A stretch of 64,000 nt of DNA from Taibaiella sp. (GCA_019638495.1 JAHBTQ010000007.1:50757-114756); one strand, 5' to 3'. Shown: positions 1 to 9,710, counted from the stretch's first letter. Notes: generated from the letters alone by a model not told the origin. Numbers and translations: made by a program.

Positions 1-1
1 A

Positions 2-934
2 TTCACCTACCGTGTAGGCAGGCAAACGAACTTCAACATCAACTATCGTGGCAACACCACTGCGCCCACCATCCAGCAGATGCTGCCCTTCCAGGTAAAT
101 AATGATCCGCTCAATACTGTGGAAGGAAACCCGGCACTGCGCCAGTCGTTCTCTAATACCGTTGCTGCCCGCTTCAATGACTTCAAGATTTTGCAAAGCC
201 GCTTCCTGTGGGCCAATGTATCATTCACAACAGTTTCGAACGCCATTACCACAGAGCAAACCACGCGTGGTTCTTCCATCAACACGAAGTATATTAACAT
301 GGACGGCAACTACAATGGTTATGGCTTCCTGGGTTATGGCTTCAAGATAGGCAAGAGCGACTTCATGGTAGGTGCACAGCTCAATGGCTCTGTTTACCAT
401 GTCAATAATATGATCGATGGTATCAAGAATACCAACGACAACATGGCTATCTCCTTTGGTCCCTACCTCAATTATGACAAGGAGGATAAATTCGAGTTTC
501 GCTGGAACCCGCAGATATCTTACAACGACAATACCTCAACAAACGGCCGTGCAAATACAAACTACTACATCTTTAACAATGACCTGAATGGGTCCGTGCA
601 ACTGCCAAAGAAATTCGAAGTGGGTAGCTCAGTAGATATGATGTTCCGCCAGAAGACGCCCATCTTCACCAGCAATAACAACGTGATAAAGTGGAACGCA
701 TACATAGAGAAAAAGTTCCTCAAGAAGGGTCAGCTTGCTACACGCTTCTCTGTATTCGACATTCTCAATCAGAATCTTGGCTTCAGCCGCAATGCCAGCG
801 GTAACATTATTACTCAGAACAGCTACGGCACCATTCGCCGGTATGCTATGCTGAATGTGATCTGGAATTTTGCACACACGCCTGCAGGGGCGCCGCCGCC
901 ACAGGGTGGGGGAATGAGAATGATGAGAAAATAA
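2..934 (+). CDS. Outer-membrane beta-barrel protein (TonB-dependent-receptor-like), 5'-truncated by the window edge
   Basis: The frame is open from base 2 (FTYRVGRQTNF...). Amphipathic beta-strand pattern, C-terminal RRYAMLNVIWNF, and position directly upstream of a GLPGLI gene, a common Bacteroidota pairing. Confidence 0.75.
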   Translation, partial: FTYRVGRQTNFNINYRGNTTAPTIQQMLPFQVNNDPLNTVEGNPALRQSFSNTVAARFNDFKILQSRFLWANVSFTTVSNAITTEQTTRGSSINTKYINMDGNYNGYGFLGYGFKIGKSDFMVGAQLNGSVYHVNNMIDGIKNTNDNMAISFGPYLNYDKEDKFEFRWNPQISYNDNTSTNGRANTNYYIFNNDLNGSVQLPKKFEVGSSVDMMFRQKTPIFTSNNNVIKWNAYIEKKFLKKGQLATRFSVFDILNQNLGFSRNASGNIITQNSYGTIRRYAMLNVIWNFAHTPAGAPPPQGGGMRMMRK

Positions 935-943
935 TACTGGACA

Positions 944-1684
944 ATGAAAAGACACTTACTGATATATCTCTTCCTCCTGGTGGCAACTGCCGCCAACGCA
1001 CAGCACACCCTCGCCGGAAAGATCGAATACGAGCGCCGGGTGAACATGCACGCGCAGATGGCGGAGATGGAAGGAAACGCATGGGTAGAGAAGATGAAGG
1101 CACAGTTGCCCAAGTTCAATACCACGTATTTTGATATGGTGTTTGATACGAACCGGATCATGTACAAACCGGGCCGCGAGGTGACTGAAAATGCCGCCAT
1201 GAAAATGTTTGGTAGCGGTCCGGCTACGCAGAATGTGGTGCTTACAGATTTTCATGCTAACAAGGTAAAGGCGAACAAGGCTGTTTTTGACCAGAAGTTT
1301 TCTGTTGAAGACACCCTGCGTGTGATGGAATGGAAGGAAAAGGACGAGATACGCACCATTGCCAACTTTAAGTGCCGCAAGGCCGTAGGAATCATTTGTG
1401 ATAGTGTGTATGTAGTGGCGTTCTATGCTGAAGATATTCCGGTAGCCGGCGGTCCCGAGTCATTCGGTGGCCTGCCCGGCATGATATTGGAGCTGGCCAT
1501 TCCCCGCCTGCACACCACATGGGTTGCTACAAAGGTAGATGTGGTGGCACCGAAAGCGGAGGATTTCGACTTCTCAGAAAAAGGTAAGAAGGTCAATTCA
1601 GCCTCGCTCTACGAAAGCGTTTCAGAGAGTTTCCGCAAATGGGGCGCCATGGGGACAAGGCAGGTGTGGTGGGTGGCGCTGTAA
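944..1684 (+). CDS. GLPGLI family protein
   Basis: Signal peptide; GGPESFGGLPGMILEL motif; FKCRKA and W..T segments typical of the family. Confidence 0.9.
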   Translation: MKRHLLIYLFLLVATAANAQHTLAGKIEYERRVNMHAQMAEMEGNAWVEKMKAQLPKFNTTYFDMVFDTNRIMYKPGREVTENAAMKMFGSGPATQNVVLTDFHANKVKANKAVFDQKFSVEDTLRVMEWKEKDEIRTIANFKCRKAVGIICDSVYVVAFYAEDIPVAGGPESFGGLPGMILELAIPRLHTTWVATKVDVVAPKAEDFDFSEKGKKVNSASLYESVSESFRKWGAMGTRQVWWVAL

Positions 1685-2064
1685 GCCCTTATAGGGCTGT
1701 ATACAATAACGTAGGCTGAAGGCCTACGAATAACGGACGTTACATTTATAACCCAGTAAGGGCGGCATAATTACCTTACGCTTAAATTGGCAACGAACCC
1801 CGTAGGGGTTCAAGCTTTGTAGAAGAAGCAAGTTGGTATTCGACGCACCGATTTATCGGTGCCACTGTTACAGCGTGTCAATAACAACACCCAATGAATG
1901 ACCGCTAGGCTAATCCCTTAGCGCAAGGAGGATGGAAGCCCTGTAAGGGCTAAATAGATAAGCGCAGGGTGATAGCCCTGCGTAAAAATGCCTCAGAATT
2001 CCCCAGCCCTGAAAGGGTGACATACCTCTCGCTATCCTTAACTTAACATTGCCCCGTAAGGGGG
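1684..2064. repeat. Cluster of REP-like palindromes (REPIN-like doublets)
   Basis: AGCCCTTATAGGGCT (1684-1698), AACCCCGTAGGGGTT (1796-1810), GCACCGATTTATCGGTGC (1845-1862), AGCCCTGTAAGGGCT (1937-1951), CGCAGGGTGATAGCCCTGCG (1963-1982), AGCCCTGAAAGGGTG (2005-2019), GCCCCGTAAGGGGC (2051-2064). Confidence 0.75.
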
Positions 2065-2104
2065 CTACCAATGCTTTGCGGTCTGCCACTATCATTTCAT
2101 CCTT

Positions 2105-2112
2105 TATATTTG
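2105..2112 (+). promoter_or_regulatory. Bacteroidota -7 promoter box TATATTTG
   Basis: Matches TAnnTTTG; 4 nt upstream of the ATG at 2117. Confidence 0.65.
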
Positions 2113-2116
2113 TCTC

Positions 2117-2503
2117 ATGCCTGCCCTGCGCTTAGCAAATATTATCCGCCTCTTAGTTGCCGGTATTTGGCTCACTAATGGCATCTACTGCAAGTTGCTG
2201 ATGCAGGTGCCACGCCACCGCGATATAGTTGCTCGTATCTTGGGCGCTGATCATGCAGATGTTATCACACGCCTTATAGGTCTGTCAGAGGTGTTTATGG
2301 CTATTTGGGTTTTGTCACGCATCCGGGCCGGTTTGTGTGCAGTTTCCCAGGTTGTCATCATTATTGCCATGAACTTGCTGGAATTCACTTTGGCCCGAGA
2401 TCTGTTGCTCTTTGGCCCGGTTAACCTCGTTCTTGCTTGTGTGCTTTGTGCTTCTATAGTATTTGGTTACTTGTTGGAAAGACGAACTCCAGCGAAAGTT
2501 TGA
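2117..2503 (+). CDS. DoxX-like family membrane protein
   Basis: Four hydrophobic segments; IWLTNGIYCKLL...RHRDIVARILG signature. Confidence 0.7.
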   Translation: MPALRLANIIRLLVAGIWLTNGIYCKLLMQVPRHRDIVARILGADHADVITRLIGLSEVFMAIWVLSRIRAGLCAVSQVVIIIAMNLLEFTLARDLLLFGPVNLVLACVLCASIVFGYLLERRTPAKV

Positions 2504-2514
2504 TAACTTACGTT

Positions 2515-3255
2515 ATGCCCATGGCCTTAAAAGACCACCCCTTCGCGGTAGTAGCGCACTTCGATAGCTCGTTGGTTTTTACGTATGCTGTTCCGGTCGC
2601 CGATGTCGCAAATCTTCTTCCTCCTTGTCTCGAGTTAGATACGCTGGATGCAAAATGGGCGTTTGTAGCGGTGGCCATGGTGCAGACACGTCAGCTAAGA
2701 CCGGCTATGCTCCCTTCGTTTATAGGTAGCAGCTTTTACCTGCTCGGCTACAGGCTTTTTGTGAGGTACACCACCGCTGCAGGTAAGCGTTTGCGTGGCC
2801 TTTACATACTGCGTTCCGAGACGGACAGTAGGTTGATGAATGCGCTGGGAGGTGTATTTACTCACTATGATTATCATTATACAGATATTCATCGGGAACT
2901 GGCAACCGGAGTAGAGAGAATAACTTCCGTTCGTTCAGGTATCGATGTGCAGGTGGCAGATGGGGGGCAAAATACATCGCTTCCATTTGGTTCACCATTC
3001 AATGACTGGAAAGAGGCGAGGCGATTCGCCGGCCCCTTGCCGTTCACCTTCAGCTATTTGCCGGCCTCTGGCGAAGTTGTCATTGTGCAGGGTGTCCGTG
3101 AGCATTGGACCCCGTCGCCCGTCCAGGTCGTGCACAGCCATATCGGCTTCCTGGACCAGGCGCCGTTTCGTAATGCTGTACTTGCCAGTGCGTTCAGCAT
3201 TTCAGACATACCATATCGTTGGGAAAAAGGGTATCGCGACAAATGGAACGGATGA
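2515..3255 (+). CDS. DUF2071 / YqjF family protein
   Basis: HPFAVVAHFDSSLVFTYAVP, F..LGYRLFVRY, RLRGLYILRSETD motifs. Start moved to ATG 2515 because the track start overlaps the upstream gene. Confidence 0.75.
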   Translation: MPMALKDHPFAVVAHFDSSLVFTYAVPVADVANLLPPCLELDTLDAKWAFVAVAMVQTRQLRPAMLPSFIGSSFYLLGYRLFVRYTTAAGKRLRGLYILRSETDSRLMNALGGVFTHYDYHYTDIHRELATGVERITSVRSGIDVQVADGGQNTSLPFGSPFNDWKEARRFAGPLPFTFSYLPASGEVVIVQGVREHWTPSPVQVVHSHIGFLDQAPFRNAVLASAFSISDIPYRWEKGYRDKWNG

Positions 3256-4013
3256 GCGTGCGTAAGCGGTTACAGGGTGTTACCAACATCATCCGGTTCA
3301 ACTGGCACTTTTATGTCATTGGCATTTTGCTGCTGCTTATCATGGGTGTTTTGTGGTTCTACACAGCCAGTATAGCCTTCAGGATTGGCATCCTCATTTT
3401 GGCTGCCGGCATCTTCTGGAATCTTTGCATTTCGCTTCTTGTGTCTGCTTATGTTTACGACTGGTCCGGCTTCTACTCGCTTTCCTGGCTGCGGCCTTAT
3501 ATTGGTGAAGGGCGATGCAGGGTCGCTAATATTCATGCCGGCTTTGATGAGACTAGCGGGCTTATTGCAGGGCTTCATCCGTCGGCCATGCTCACCGTCT
3601 ACGACTTTTACGATGCAGCCCGCCACACAGAGGTTTCTATTCGCAGGGCGCGCAGCGCTTACGGGCCTTATCCCGGCACAGTCCAGATAGACACAGGCAA
3701 CCCTACACTCAGCAATGGCCCCTACGACACTATATTGCTGCTGCTGGCCGCGCATGAGATACGTGATGGGCAGGAGGCTGTTGCGTTCTTCAACACGCTT
3801 AGATCACAGCTTGCTCCCGGCGGCAGAATTATTGTGGTGGAGCATTTGCGCGATAGCGCAAACTTCTTTGCCTATACTGTGGGCTTTTTTCATTTTCTCA
3901 GCAGGGGCAGATGGCTTCGCACTTTCAGTAATGCAGGTCTGGTTGTGGAGAGGCAGGATAAGATAAATCCGTTCATTACCTTATTTTGCCTTGCTGATGG
4001 AACTCCTCGTTAG
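3252..4013 (+). CDS. Membrane-anchored class I SAM-dependent methyltransferase-like protein
   Basis: Two N-terminal TM helices, then a Rossmann-like domain (NIHAGFDET, DTILLLLAAHE, L.PGGRIIVVEH). ATGA overlap with the upstream stop. Confidence 0.7.
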   Translation: MSVRKRLQGVTNIIRFNWHFYVIGILLLLIMGVLWFYTASIAFRIGILILAAGIFWNLCISLLVSAYVYDWSGFYSLSWLRPYIGEGRCRVANIHAGFDETSGLIAGLHPSAMLTVYDFYDAARHTEVSIRRARSAYGPYPGTVQIDTGNPTLSNGPYDTILLLLAAHEIRDGQEAVAFFNTLRSQLAPGGRIIVVEHLRDSANFFAYTVGFFHFLSRGRWLRTFSNAGLVVERQDKINPFITLFCLADGTPR

Positions 4014-4422
4014 AATATCTGGTGTTTTGCTCGTAGCGCTGGCATTGCTGCACGTGGGCTTTCCCCGCTATTTCCGGTGGACGGAGGATCTTGCTCCGCT
4101 TAGCCTCATCAATCGGCAAATGATGTATGTACACACCTTTTTTGTAGCGCTTACTGTGCTGCTGATGGGAGGCCTTGCAGCATTCTATCCTTCAGGTTTT
4201 TTCACGCCCTTTGGTGGGGTGGTGTCGCTGATGTTTGCCGTGTTCTGGTTTGTCCGTTTGTTATTTCAACTGTTTGGCTACTCCTCAGCCCTCTGGCGGG
4301 GAAAGCGTTTCGAGACTACGGTGCACATCGTGTTCCTCTTTCTGTGGAGTTTTCTCAGTGCCTTGTACTTCATGGTGTTTCTCTCTGTGCACTATACAAA
4401 AGCGTCCGCTTTGTTCGATTAA
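3991..4422 (+). CDS. Hypothetical 4-TM membrane protein
   Basis: Four hydrophobic helices, H.GFPRYFRW and HTFF motifs; overlaps the upstream gene by 23 nt. Confidence 0.7.
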   Translation: MLMELLVRISGVLLVALALLHVGFPRYFRWTEDLAPLSLINRQMMYVHTFFVALTVLLMGGLAAFYPSGFFTPFGGVVSLMFAVFWFVRLLFQLFGYSSALWRGKRFETTVHIVFLFLWSFLSALYFMVFLSVHYTKASALFD

Positions 4423-4612
4423 TATTAGTGTACACTTGCGAGTGAGTGAACCAATATTTTAAGATATTGGTCGCTATTTAGTATGAAGTTTCTTAAAATA
4501 CTTACTGAGATTTTTTTTTTTTACAATTTGTTTCTATATTCGGATATTGATAATCTTTTTCAAACCCCAATTTCATCTTATGTGTTCATGTAAATCTCAA
4601 TTCAGCGCTCTA

Positions 4613-5422
4613 ATGTCACAAGACTATTCCCTTCTTACAGCAAAGACTGGTATAGCTCAAATTTCAACAGCCAATGGAAATTTAAATGGAGTAGGTTCAA
4701 CATTATTATTTACGGCTAGCGCAAATGGGTCAATAGTGAAGTCAATAACTATAAAGGCCATTCAGCCAGTGAAGACTGGTATGGTTCGTTTGTTTATAGG
4801 GGATGGAGTAAGTTATGCTCTTTATAAAGAAGTTGGAACGCCTATTGTTCCAGAAATGGAATCAACACCAACACCAACTCCGATTTTTGTTATGGATGAA
4901 GTAACAGTGGTTGGTAACTTTATCTTGCAGGCAGGCCAAAGTCTCTACGCATCTACTCAAACTGCACAAGCATTCAACATAATTGTAGAAGCTTTAGAGT
5001 GGGAATACCCGCAGGTACTACCTACTACATGTTGCAATTTCAAGCAGATTACTGGAAATGTCGGTTATAATACTGCGAACACCGCAAATCCAAATTTAAA
5101 TGGCTCGGGTTCTATTGTGCAGGTATTTAAAGCGTCCAACACTGCGAATGGTAGTAACATTAAGTCACTTTCTATCAGTGCACTACAGTCAACGAATCCT
5201 GGTATGATTAGAATATTTGTTGGTGCGAACATTAATTCCTATTTCCTCATGCGGGAAGTATATATACCAGAAAGTAATCAAGGAGGATTTCAGGCGTCGT
5301 TTAAGGAGATTATAGAAATGAATTTTGATTTACAGTCAAACTATATTATCGGCGTTTCAACTCAAAATAGTGAATCTTTTTCAATCGTAGTGGAAGGATC
5401 TGATTGGACATATCCAATATAG
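4613..5422 (+). CDS. Hypothetical protein made of two tandem ~125-aa beta-rich domains
   Basis: Long ORF in AT-rich DNA with an internal duplication (TAN.NLNG.G, ANGS..KS, GM.R.F.G, STQ, W.YP). ATG 4613 chosen as start. Confidence 0.75.
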   Translation: MSQDYSLLTAKTGIAQISTANGNLNGVGSTLLFTASANGSIVKSITIKAIQPVKTGMVRLFIGDGVSYALYKEVGTPIVPEMESTPTPTPIFVMDEVTVVGNFILQAGQSLYASTQTAQAFNIIVEALEWEYPQVLPTTCCNFKQITGNVGYNTANTANPNLNGSGSIVQVFKASNTANGSNIKSLSISALQSTNPGMIRIFVGANINSYFLMREVYIPESNQGGFQASFKEIIEMNFDLQSNYIIGVSTQNSESFSIVVEGSDWTYPI

Positions 5423-5478
5423 TCAGTAATGTAATTCTTAACTTAAAGGTAAGGCTTTCCTTGTAAGCCGCAATTATT

Positions 5479-5763
5479 ATGAGATACGACAGACTTAATG
5501 CGACTACGGCAACAAATCGGTATAACCCTGATCCGGTAGTTCATAACAGGCCAAACTGCGACCAACTTGGCCCTAGGCGCTGGGGCGAAAGTTTCGGTGA
5601 ATGTTTTGATAGAAATTGGTCGAACTTTGGTTGCGATGCAGCCGGGTTCATTGCTCAGAATACCAATCCTCTGTTGGTTGCTGGGGCAATCGCTTTCAGT
5701 TGCAGGAGCCCTTTTTCAGTTGTAGCAACACCAAGTTCAACATCGGATTCAACTTGGAGTTAG
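5479..5763 (+). CDS. Small Cys-containing peptide ORF (bacteriocin/toxin-like candidate)
   Basis: 94 aa with 4 Cys and a hydrophobic C-terminal helix (NPLLVAGAIAFSC); in-frame TAA at 5464-5466 limits the N-terminus. Confidence 0.45.
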   Translation: MRYDRLNATTATNRYNPDPVVHNRPNCDQLGPRRWGESFGECFDRNWSNFGCDAAGFIAQNTNPLLVAGAIAFSCRSPFSVVATPSSTSDSTWS

Positions 5764-5780
5764 AAATAAAACCGCGCGAA

Positions 5781-6011
5781 ATGAAACAATCTAAAAATAG
5801 GAGTTCTCGTCTGAGGCAACTAAAAACTTATGCTATCATTAGTCTATTTGGACATTTGTGTTTTGTCTTTGGTGGGTCTTTGGGGCGGATATATGGAATG
5901 CCGGTTGGCAGTCCTTTGCTTATTTTGGGGATATTGTTTTTTTTCTTATTTATTTTTTTCCTTGTTCGGTATCTTTCATTAAAGAAAAGTAGAGACTATA
6001 TCGACTCGTAG
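5781..6011 (+). CDS. Small basic 2-TM membrane protein (immunity-like candidate)
   Basis: 76 aa, two hydrophobic helices flanked by K/R residues; starts 17 nt after the peptide ORF. Confidence 0.5.
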   Translation: MKQSKNRSSRLRQLKTYAIISLFGHLCFVFGGSLGRIYGMPVGSPLLILGILFFFLFIFFLVRYLSLKKSRDYIDS

Positions 6012-6128
6012 TAGAATATATCCTTTCCGTACTATATGCCAGGATTTCTCATCTGCATTTAGGCTTCTCTACAACGACGACTTGCAATCACTGTGCTTTA
6101 GCAAAAGCACTTCTACAACTAGGCATAA

Positions 6129-6167
6129 CAAAAACGGCCGCTTCTTTCGAAGCAGCCGTTCCTTTTT
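6129..6167 (-). terminator. Intrinsic terminator of the r-protein operon (possibly bidirectional)
   Basis: AACGGC-GCTTC / GAAGC-GCCGTT stem with an A-run on the left and a T-run on the right, just past the rplQ stop. Confidence 0.75.
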
Positions 6168-6181
6168 CGTTATGCTAGATA

Positions 6182-6724
6182 CTATGCATTCTCTTCTGTA
6201 GAAGCTTCATCAGTTGTTGCTTCTTCTGCAGCAGGTGCTGTCGTTTCTTCTGCTACTACTGGTGCAGCTGTTTCTGTTGCCTTCTTAGGTGCAGCAGAGC
6301 CAGCGCTCCTGCGGCTGCGGCGTGTCTTCTTCGCAGAAGTTGCATCAGCGCTCTTACCGTAGATCTCGTTGAAGTCTACCAGCTCAATCATAGCCATATC
6401 AGCAGCATCACCCATACGGCGTGGCAGCTTTATGATACGTGTGTAACCACCTGGGCGGTTAGCAACCTTGTCACCTACTACTGTAAACAGCTCAGTTATA
6501 GCAGCTTTGTCTTGCAGGTAGCTGAACACGATACGACGGTTGTGCATGCTGTCGTTCTTTGCTTTAGTTATCAGCGGCTCAGCATATACACGCAGGCTCT
6601 TCGCTTTTGCAAGCGTAGTAGTGATGCGCTTATGCTCTATAAGCTGAATAGTGAGGTTCGAAAGGAGGGCAGCGCGGTGTGACGCGGTGCGGCTCAGGTT
6701 TTTAATTTTGTCTCCGTGACGCAT
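6182..6724 (-). CDS. rplQ: 50S ribosomal protein L17 with Ala/Glu/Thr-rich tail
   Basis: [17 protein letters not shown]...[10 protein letters not shown]; follows rpoA. Confidence 0.98.
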   Translation of the reverse strand: MRHGDKIKNLSRTASHRAALLSNLTIQLIEHKRITTTLAKAKSLRVYAEPLITKAKNDSMHNRRIVFSYLQDKAAITELFTVVGDKVANRPGGYTRIIKLPRRMGDAADMAMIELVDFNEIYGKSADATSAKKTRRSRRSAGSAAPKKATETAAPVVAEETTAPAAEEATTDEASTEENA

Positions 6725-6847
6725 GACATTGTTGTTTTATTCCCCCATACCGTGTCAGGAATTATGAGGCTCTGTTAAGTTAAAAGTTAAAAAGTTAAAA
6801 GGTCAATAAGCTAACACAGTTAACCTATTAACCTTTTAACGGAAAAT

Positions 6848-7846
6848 CTATTCTTCACCCCTGCGGAACTTGTTTACATCCATTCCGAAGTGCAGACCGC
6901 GCTCGTGAAGCACCTGCTCTATTTCAGACAGTGACTTCTGGCCAAAGTTGCGGAACTTCATCAGCTCTTCCTGTGTGTACTGTACCAGTTCGCTCAGTGA
7001 GTTGATTTTAGCTGCTTTCAGGCAGTTAAATGCACGTACAGACAGTTCCAGATCTTCCAGCGGCGTGTTCAGCACCTTGCGAACGAGAAGTGTTTCTTCG
7101 TCCACGATAGTTTCTTTTTCTTCGCGCCTTGTATCCAGGGATATGTTCTCGTCAGTAATGATCATCAGGTGCTGGATCAGGATGCGTGATGCTTCCTTCA
7201 CAGCCTCTTCCGGATGAATGGTGCCGTCAGTTATTACTTCCATCACCAGTTTTTCAAAGTCTGTACGCTGCTCCACACGGGTGTTCTCAATGGTGTAGCG
7301 TACATTCTTGATTGGAGTGTAGATAGAGTCGATAGCTATTACACCAAGAGGTGCATCTTCCTGCCTGTTTTCCTCAGCAGGAACATAGCCACGGCCTTTA
7401 CCTATGTGTATTTCTATTTGCATGCTTGTGCCTGGGTGCAGGTTGCATATTACCAGGTCTGGGTTCATTACCTGGAAGTCAGGTAATGCATCACCTATCA
7501 TTGCTGCGGTGAAAGTTTCTGTGCCTTTAATGTTCAGGTCTATTTTCTGGCTGGTGAAGTCACCTATTTCTCCTACCGCTTTCAGGCGCACCTGCTTCAG
7601 GTTCAGGATTATTTCGGTAACGTCCTGGAACACGCCCTTGATTGTTGCAAACTCGTGGTCTGCACCCGGGATCCTGATTGCTGTGATCGCAAAGCCCTCC
7701 AGTGAAGAAAGCAATACACGACGCAGTGCGTTACCTATGGTAACACCATAACCAGGCTCCAGCGGACGGAATTCGAACTGTGCTTCGAAATCTGTTGTTT
7801 TTTGAAGAGCTATTTTGTCCGGTTTCTGAAAATTCAATATGGCCAT
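6848..7846 (-). CDS. rpoA: RNA polymerase alpha subunit
   Basis: PLEPGYGVTIGNALRRVLLSS; alpha-CTD LELSVRAFNCLK. Confidence 0.99.
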   Translation of the reverse strand: MAILNFQKPDKIALQKTTDFEAQFEFRPLEPGYGVTIGNALRRVLLSSLEGFAITAIRIPGADHEFATIKGVFQDVTEIILNLKQVRLKAVGEIGDFTSQKIDLNIKGTETFTAAMIGDALPDFQVMNPDLVICNLHPGTSMQIEIHIGKGRGYVPAEENRQEDAPLGVIAIDSIYTPIKNVRYTIENTRVEQRTDFEKLVMEVITDGTIHPEEAVKEASRILIQHLMIITDENISLDTRREEKETIVDEETLLVRKVLNTPLEDLELSVRAFNCLKAAKINSLSELVQYTQEELMKFRNFGQKSLSEIEQVLHERGLHFGMDVNKFRRGEE

Positions 7847-7947
7847 ATTGATATTTGTTTGTTATTTTTTGTCTACAATTGTTAGGATGATCGGGTACTA
7901 AAGGAAAACAAACAAGCAGTGCGGTGCACTGCTGTTGTCTTTTATCA

Positions 7948-8553
7948 TTACTTAGAGTACAATTCTACGATCAGTTGCTCCTTAATATTTTCCGGAACCG
8001 ACTCACGCTCTGGATGAGCTATGTACGTTCCGGTCAGGTCTTTCTCGTTAAAGTCAACCCATGATATGCGGGTGTTCTTCGGGCGAATCATGCTGATTAC
8101 TGTCTGGTTCACCTTGCTCTTCGGCTTCAGTGTTATAACATCACCCGGCTTCAGTGAGTAAGAAGGTATGTTCACCACGTGACCGTTAACCATTACGTGC
8201 TTGTGAGATACAAGCTGGCGTGCAGCAGGGCGCGTAGGCGCAATACCCATACGATAGATGGTATTGTCCAGGCGTGCTTCAAGCAGCTTAATAAGGTTCT
8301 CACCGGTAGCACCCTTCAGGCGTGCAGCCTCAACGTAGGTGTTGGCAAATTGTTTTTCCAGAAGGCCGTAAGTGTACTTCGCTTTCTGCTTTTCCTTCAG
8401 CTGCACTGCATACTCGCTCGCTGCTTTGCGCTTGCGGTTAGGGCCGTGCTGGCCTGGAGGGTTACTGTTTTTTGCAAGGCTCTTGCCAGATCCGAGGATC
8501 GGCTCACCAAAAATACGACAGATCCTGTTCTTGGGTCCTGTATAACGTGCCAT
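7948..8553 (-). CDS. rpsD: 30S ribosomal protein S4
   Basis: MARYTGPK...LEARLDN..YRMG...ARQLVSHKH. Confidence 0.99.
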   Translation of the reverse strand: MARYTGPKNRICRIFGEPILGSGKSLAKNSNPPGQHGPNRKRKAASEYAVQLKEKQKAKYTYGLLEKQFANTYVEAARLKGATGENLIKLLEARLDNTIYRMGIAPTRPAARQLVSHKHVMVNGHVVNIPSYSLKPGDVITLKPKSKVNQTVISMIRPKNTRISWVDFNEKDLTGTYIAHPERESVPENIKEQLIVELYSK

Positions 8554-8660
8554 ACGATTTTTGTGTTTTTAGCTGTCCCGTCTCCTTTAAAAATCGTAAA
8601 ATCCGATCCGTGACAGCGTAGTTATAAAAAAATATAGAAATTGTAATGTTGTACGAAACA

Positions 8661-8693
8661 CCTCCCTCTCCATCGGAGAGGGTCGGGGAGAGG
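8661..8693 (-). repeat. REP-like hairpin (CCTCTCCCC.CCCTCTCC...GGAGAGGGAGG family) abutting the rpsK stop
   Basis: Related copies at 24929-24963, 24976-25010, about 25095-25125 and about 32080-32112. Confidence 0.7.
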
Positions 8694-9095
8694 TTACACC
8701 CTCCTCTTCTTAGGCGGACGGCAACCGTTGTGTGGCAGTGGAGTTACGTCCTTGATAGATGTAACCTCTATGCCAGAGTTGCTGATAGAGCGGATAGCGC
8801 CCTCACGGCCTGAGCCTGGTCCTTTTACGAAAACGTCAGCACGCTTCATGCCAGCGTCAACTGCAACCTTAGCGCAGTCTTGTGCCGCCATCTGGGCTGC
8901 GTATGGAGTGTTCTTCTTAGAACCGCGGAAACCCATCTTACCTGCAGACGACCATGATATTACCTGGCCAGCCTTATTGGTAATGCTGATGATAATGTTG
9001 TTAAATGTGGCGCTGATGTGAACATCGCCGTGTGTGTCCACCTTTACAATGCGTTTTTTCGCTACTGCTTTGGCGGAGGCTTGTGCTTTTGCCAT
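8694..9095 (-). CDS. rpsK: 30S ribosomal protein S11
   Basis: [11 protein letters not shown]...[14 protein letters not shown]...[13 protein letters not shown]. Confidence 0.99.
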   Translation of the reverse strand: MAKAQASAKAVAKKRIVKVDTHGDVHISATFNNIIISITNKAGQVISWSSAGKMGFRGSKKNTPYAAQMAAQDCAKVAVDAGMKRADVFVKGPGSGREGAIRSISNSGIEVTSIKDVTPLPHNGCRPPKKRRV

Positions 9096-9241
9096 TTTTT
9101 TGTTTTAAAAAAGGTAATCAATGTATGTTTTAAGCCGCAGCGGATCGAAACCGAATTCCTAATACCCAATTCCTAATTCCCGCTACACCCCCCATGCCAC
9201 TCCTCCCCGCGCACCAGGCGGATCCGGCAGTGGCACAGAAA

Positions 9242-9622
9242 TTATTTCTTCGGTGCTTTCTTCTTACCTGCTACTGTCTTACGCTTTCCTTTACGGGTAC
9301 GGCTGTTAGTACGTGTGCGCTGTCCACGAAGAGGAAGACCCTTACGGTGACGCAGTCCACGATAACAAGCGATATCCATCAGGCGCTTGATGTTCATCTG
9401 AACTTCAGAGCGAAGCTGACCTTCCACCTTGAATTCAGAGTTGATAATGTTACGAATGGCAGTCTGCTCATCGTCGTTCCACTCAAAAGCCTTCTTATCA
9501 TAGCTGATACCGGCTTTTTCAAGGATATAACGTGCAGTACTGTTGCCAATACCGTAAATGTACGTGAGCGCTATTTCGCCACGCTTGTTTTTAGGAAGAT
9601 CTATACCAGCTATACGAGCCAT
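9242..9622 (-). CDS. rpsM: 30S ribosomal protein S13
   Basis: [14 protein letters not shown]...[15 protein letters not shown]. Confidence 0.99.
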   Translation of the reverse strand: MARIAGIDLPKNKRGEIALTYIYGIGNSTARYILEKAGISYDKKAFEWNDDEQTAIRNIINSEFKVEGQLRSEVQMNIKRLMDIACYRGLRHRKGLPLRGQRTRTNSRTRKGKRKTVAGKKKAPKK

Positions 9623-9710
9623 ACTTCTTTGTTTTCCCCCGCCACATCACCGGCAGGGATTTTTTATTGGAGTTATTGTGATTCTCTTTTAAACCCTTTC
9701 CTTCAAACAG

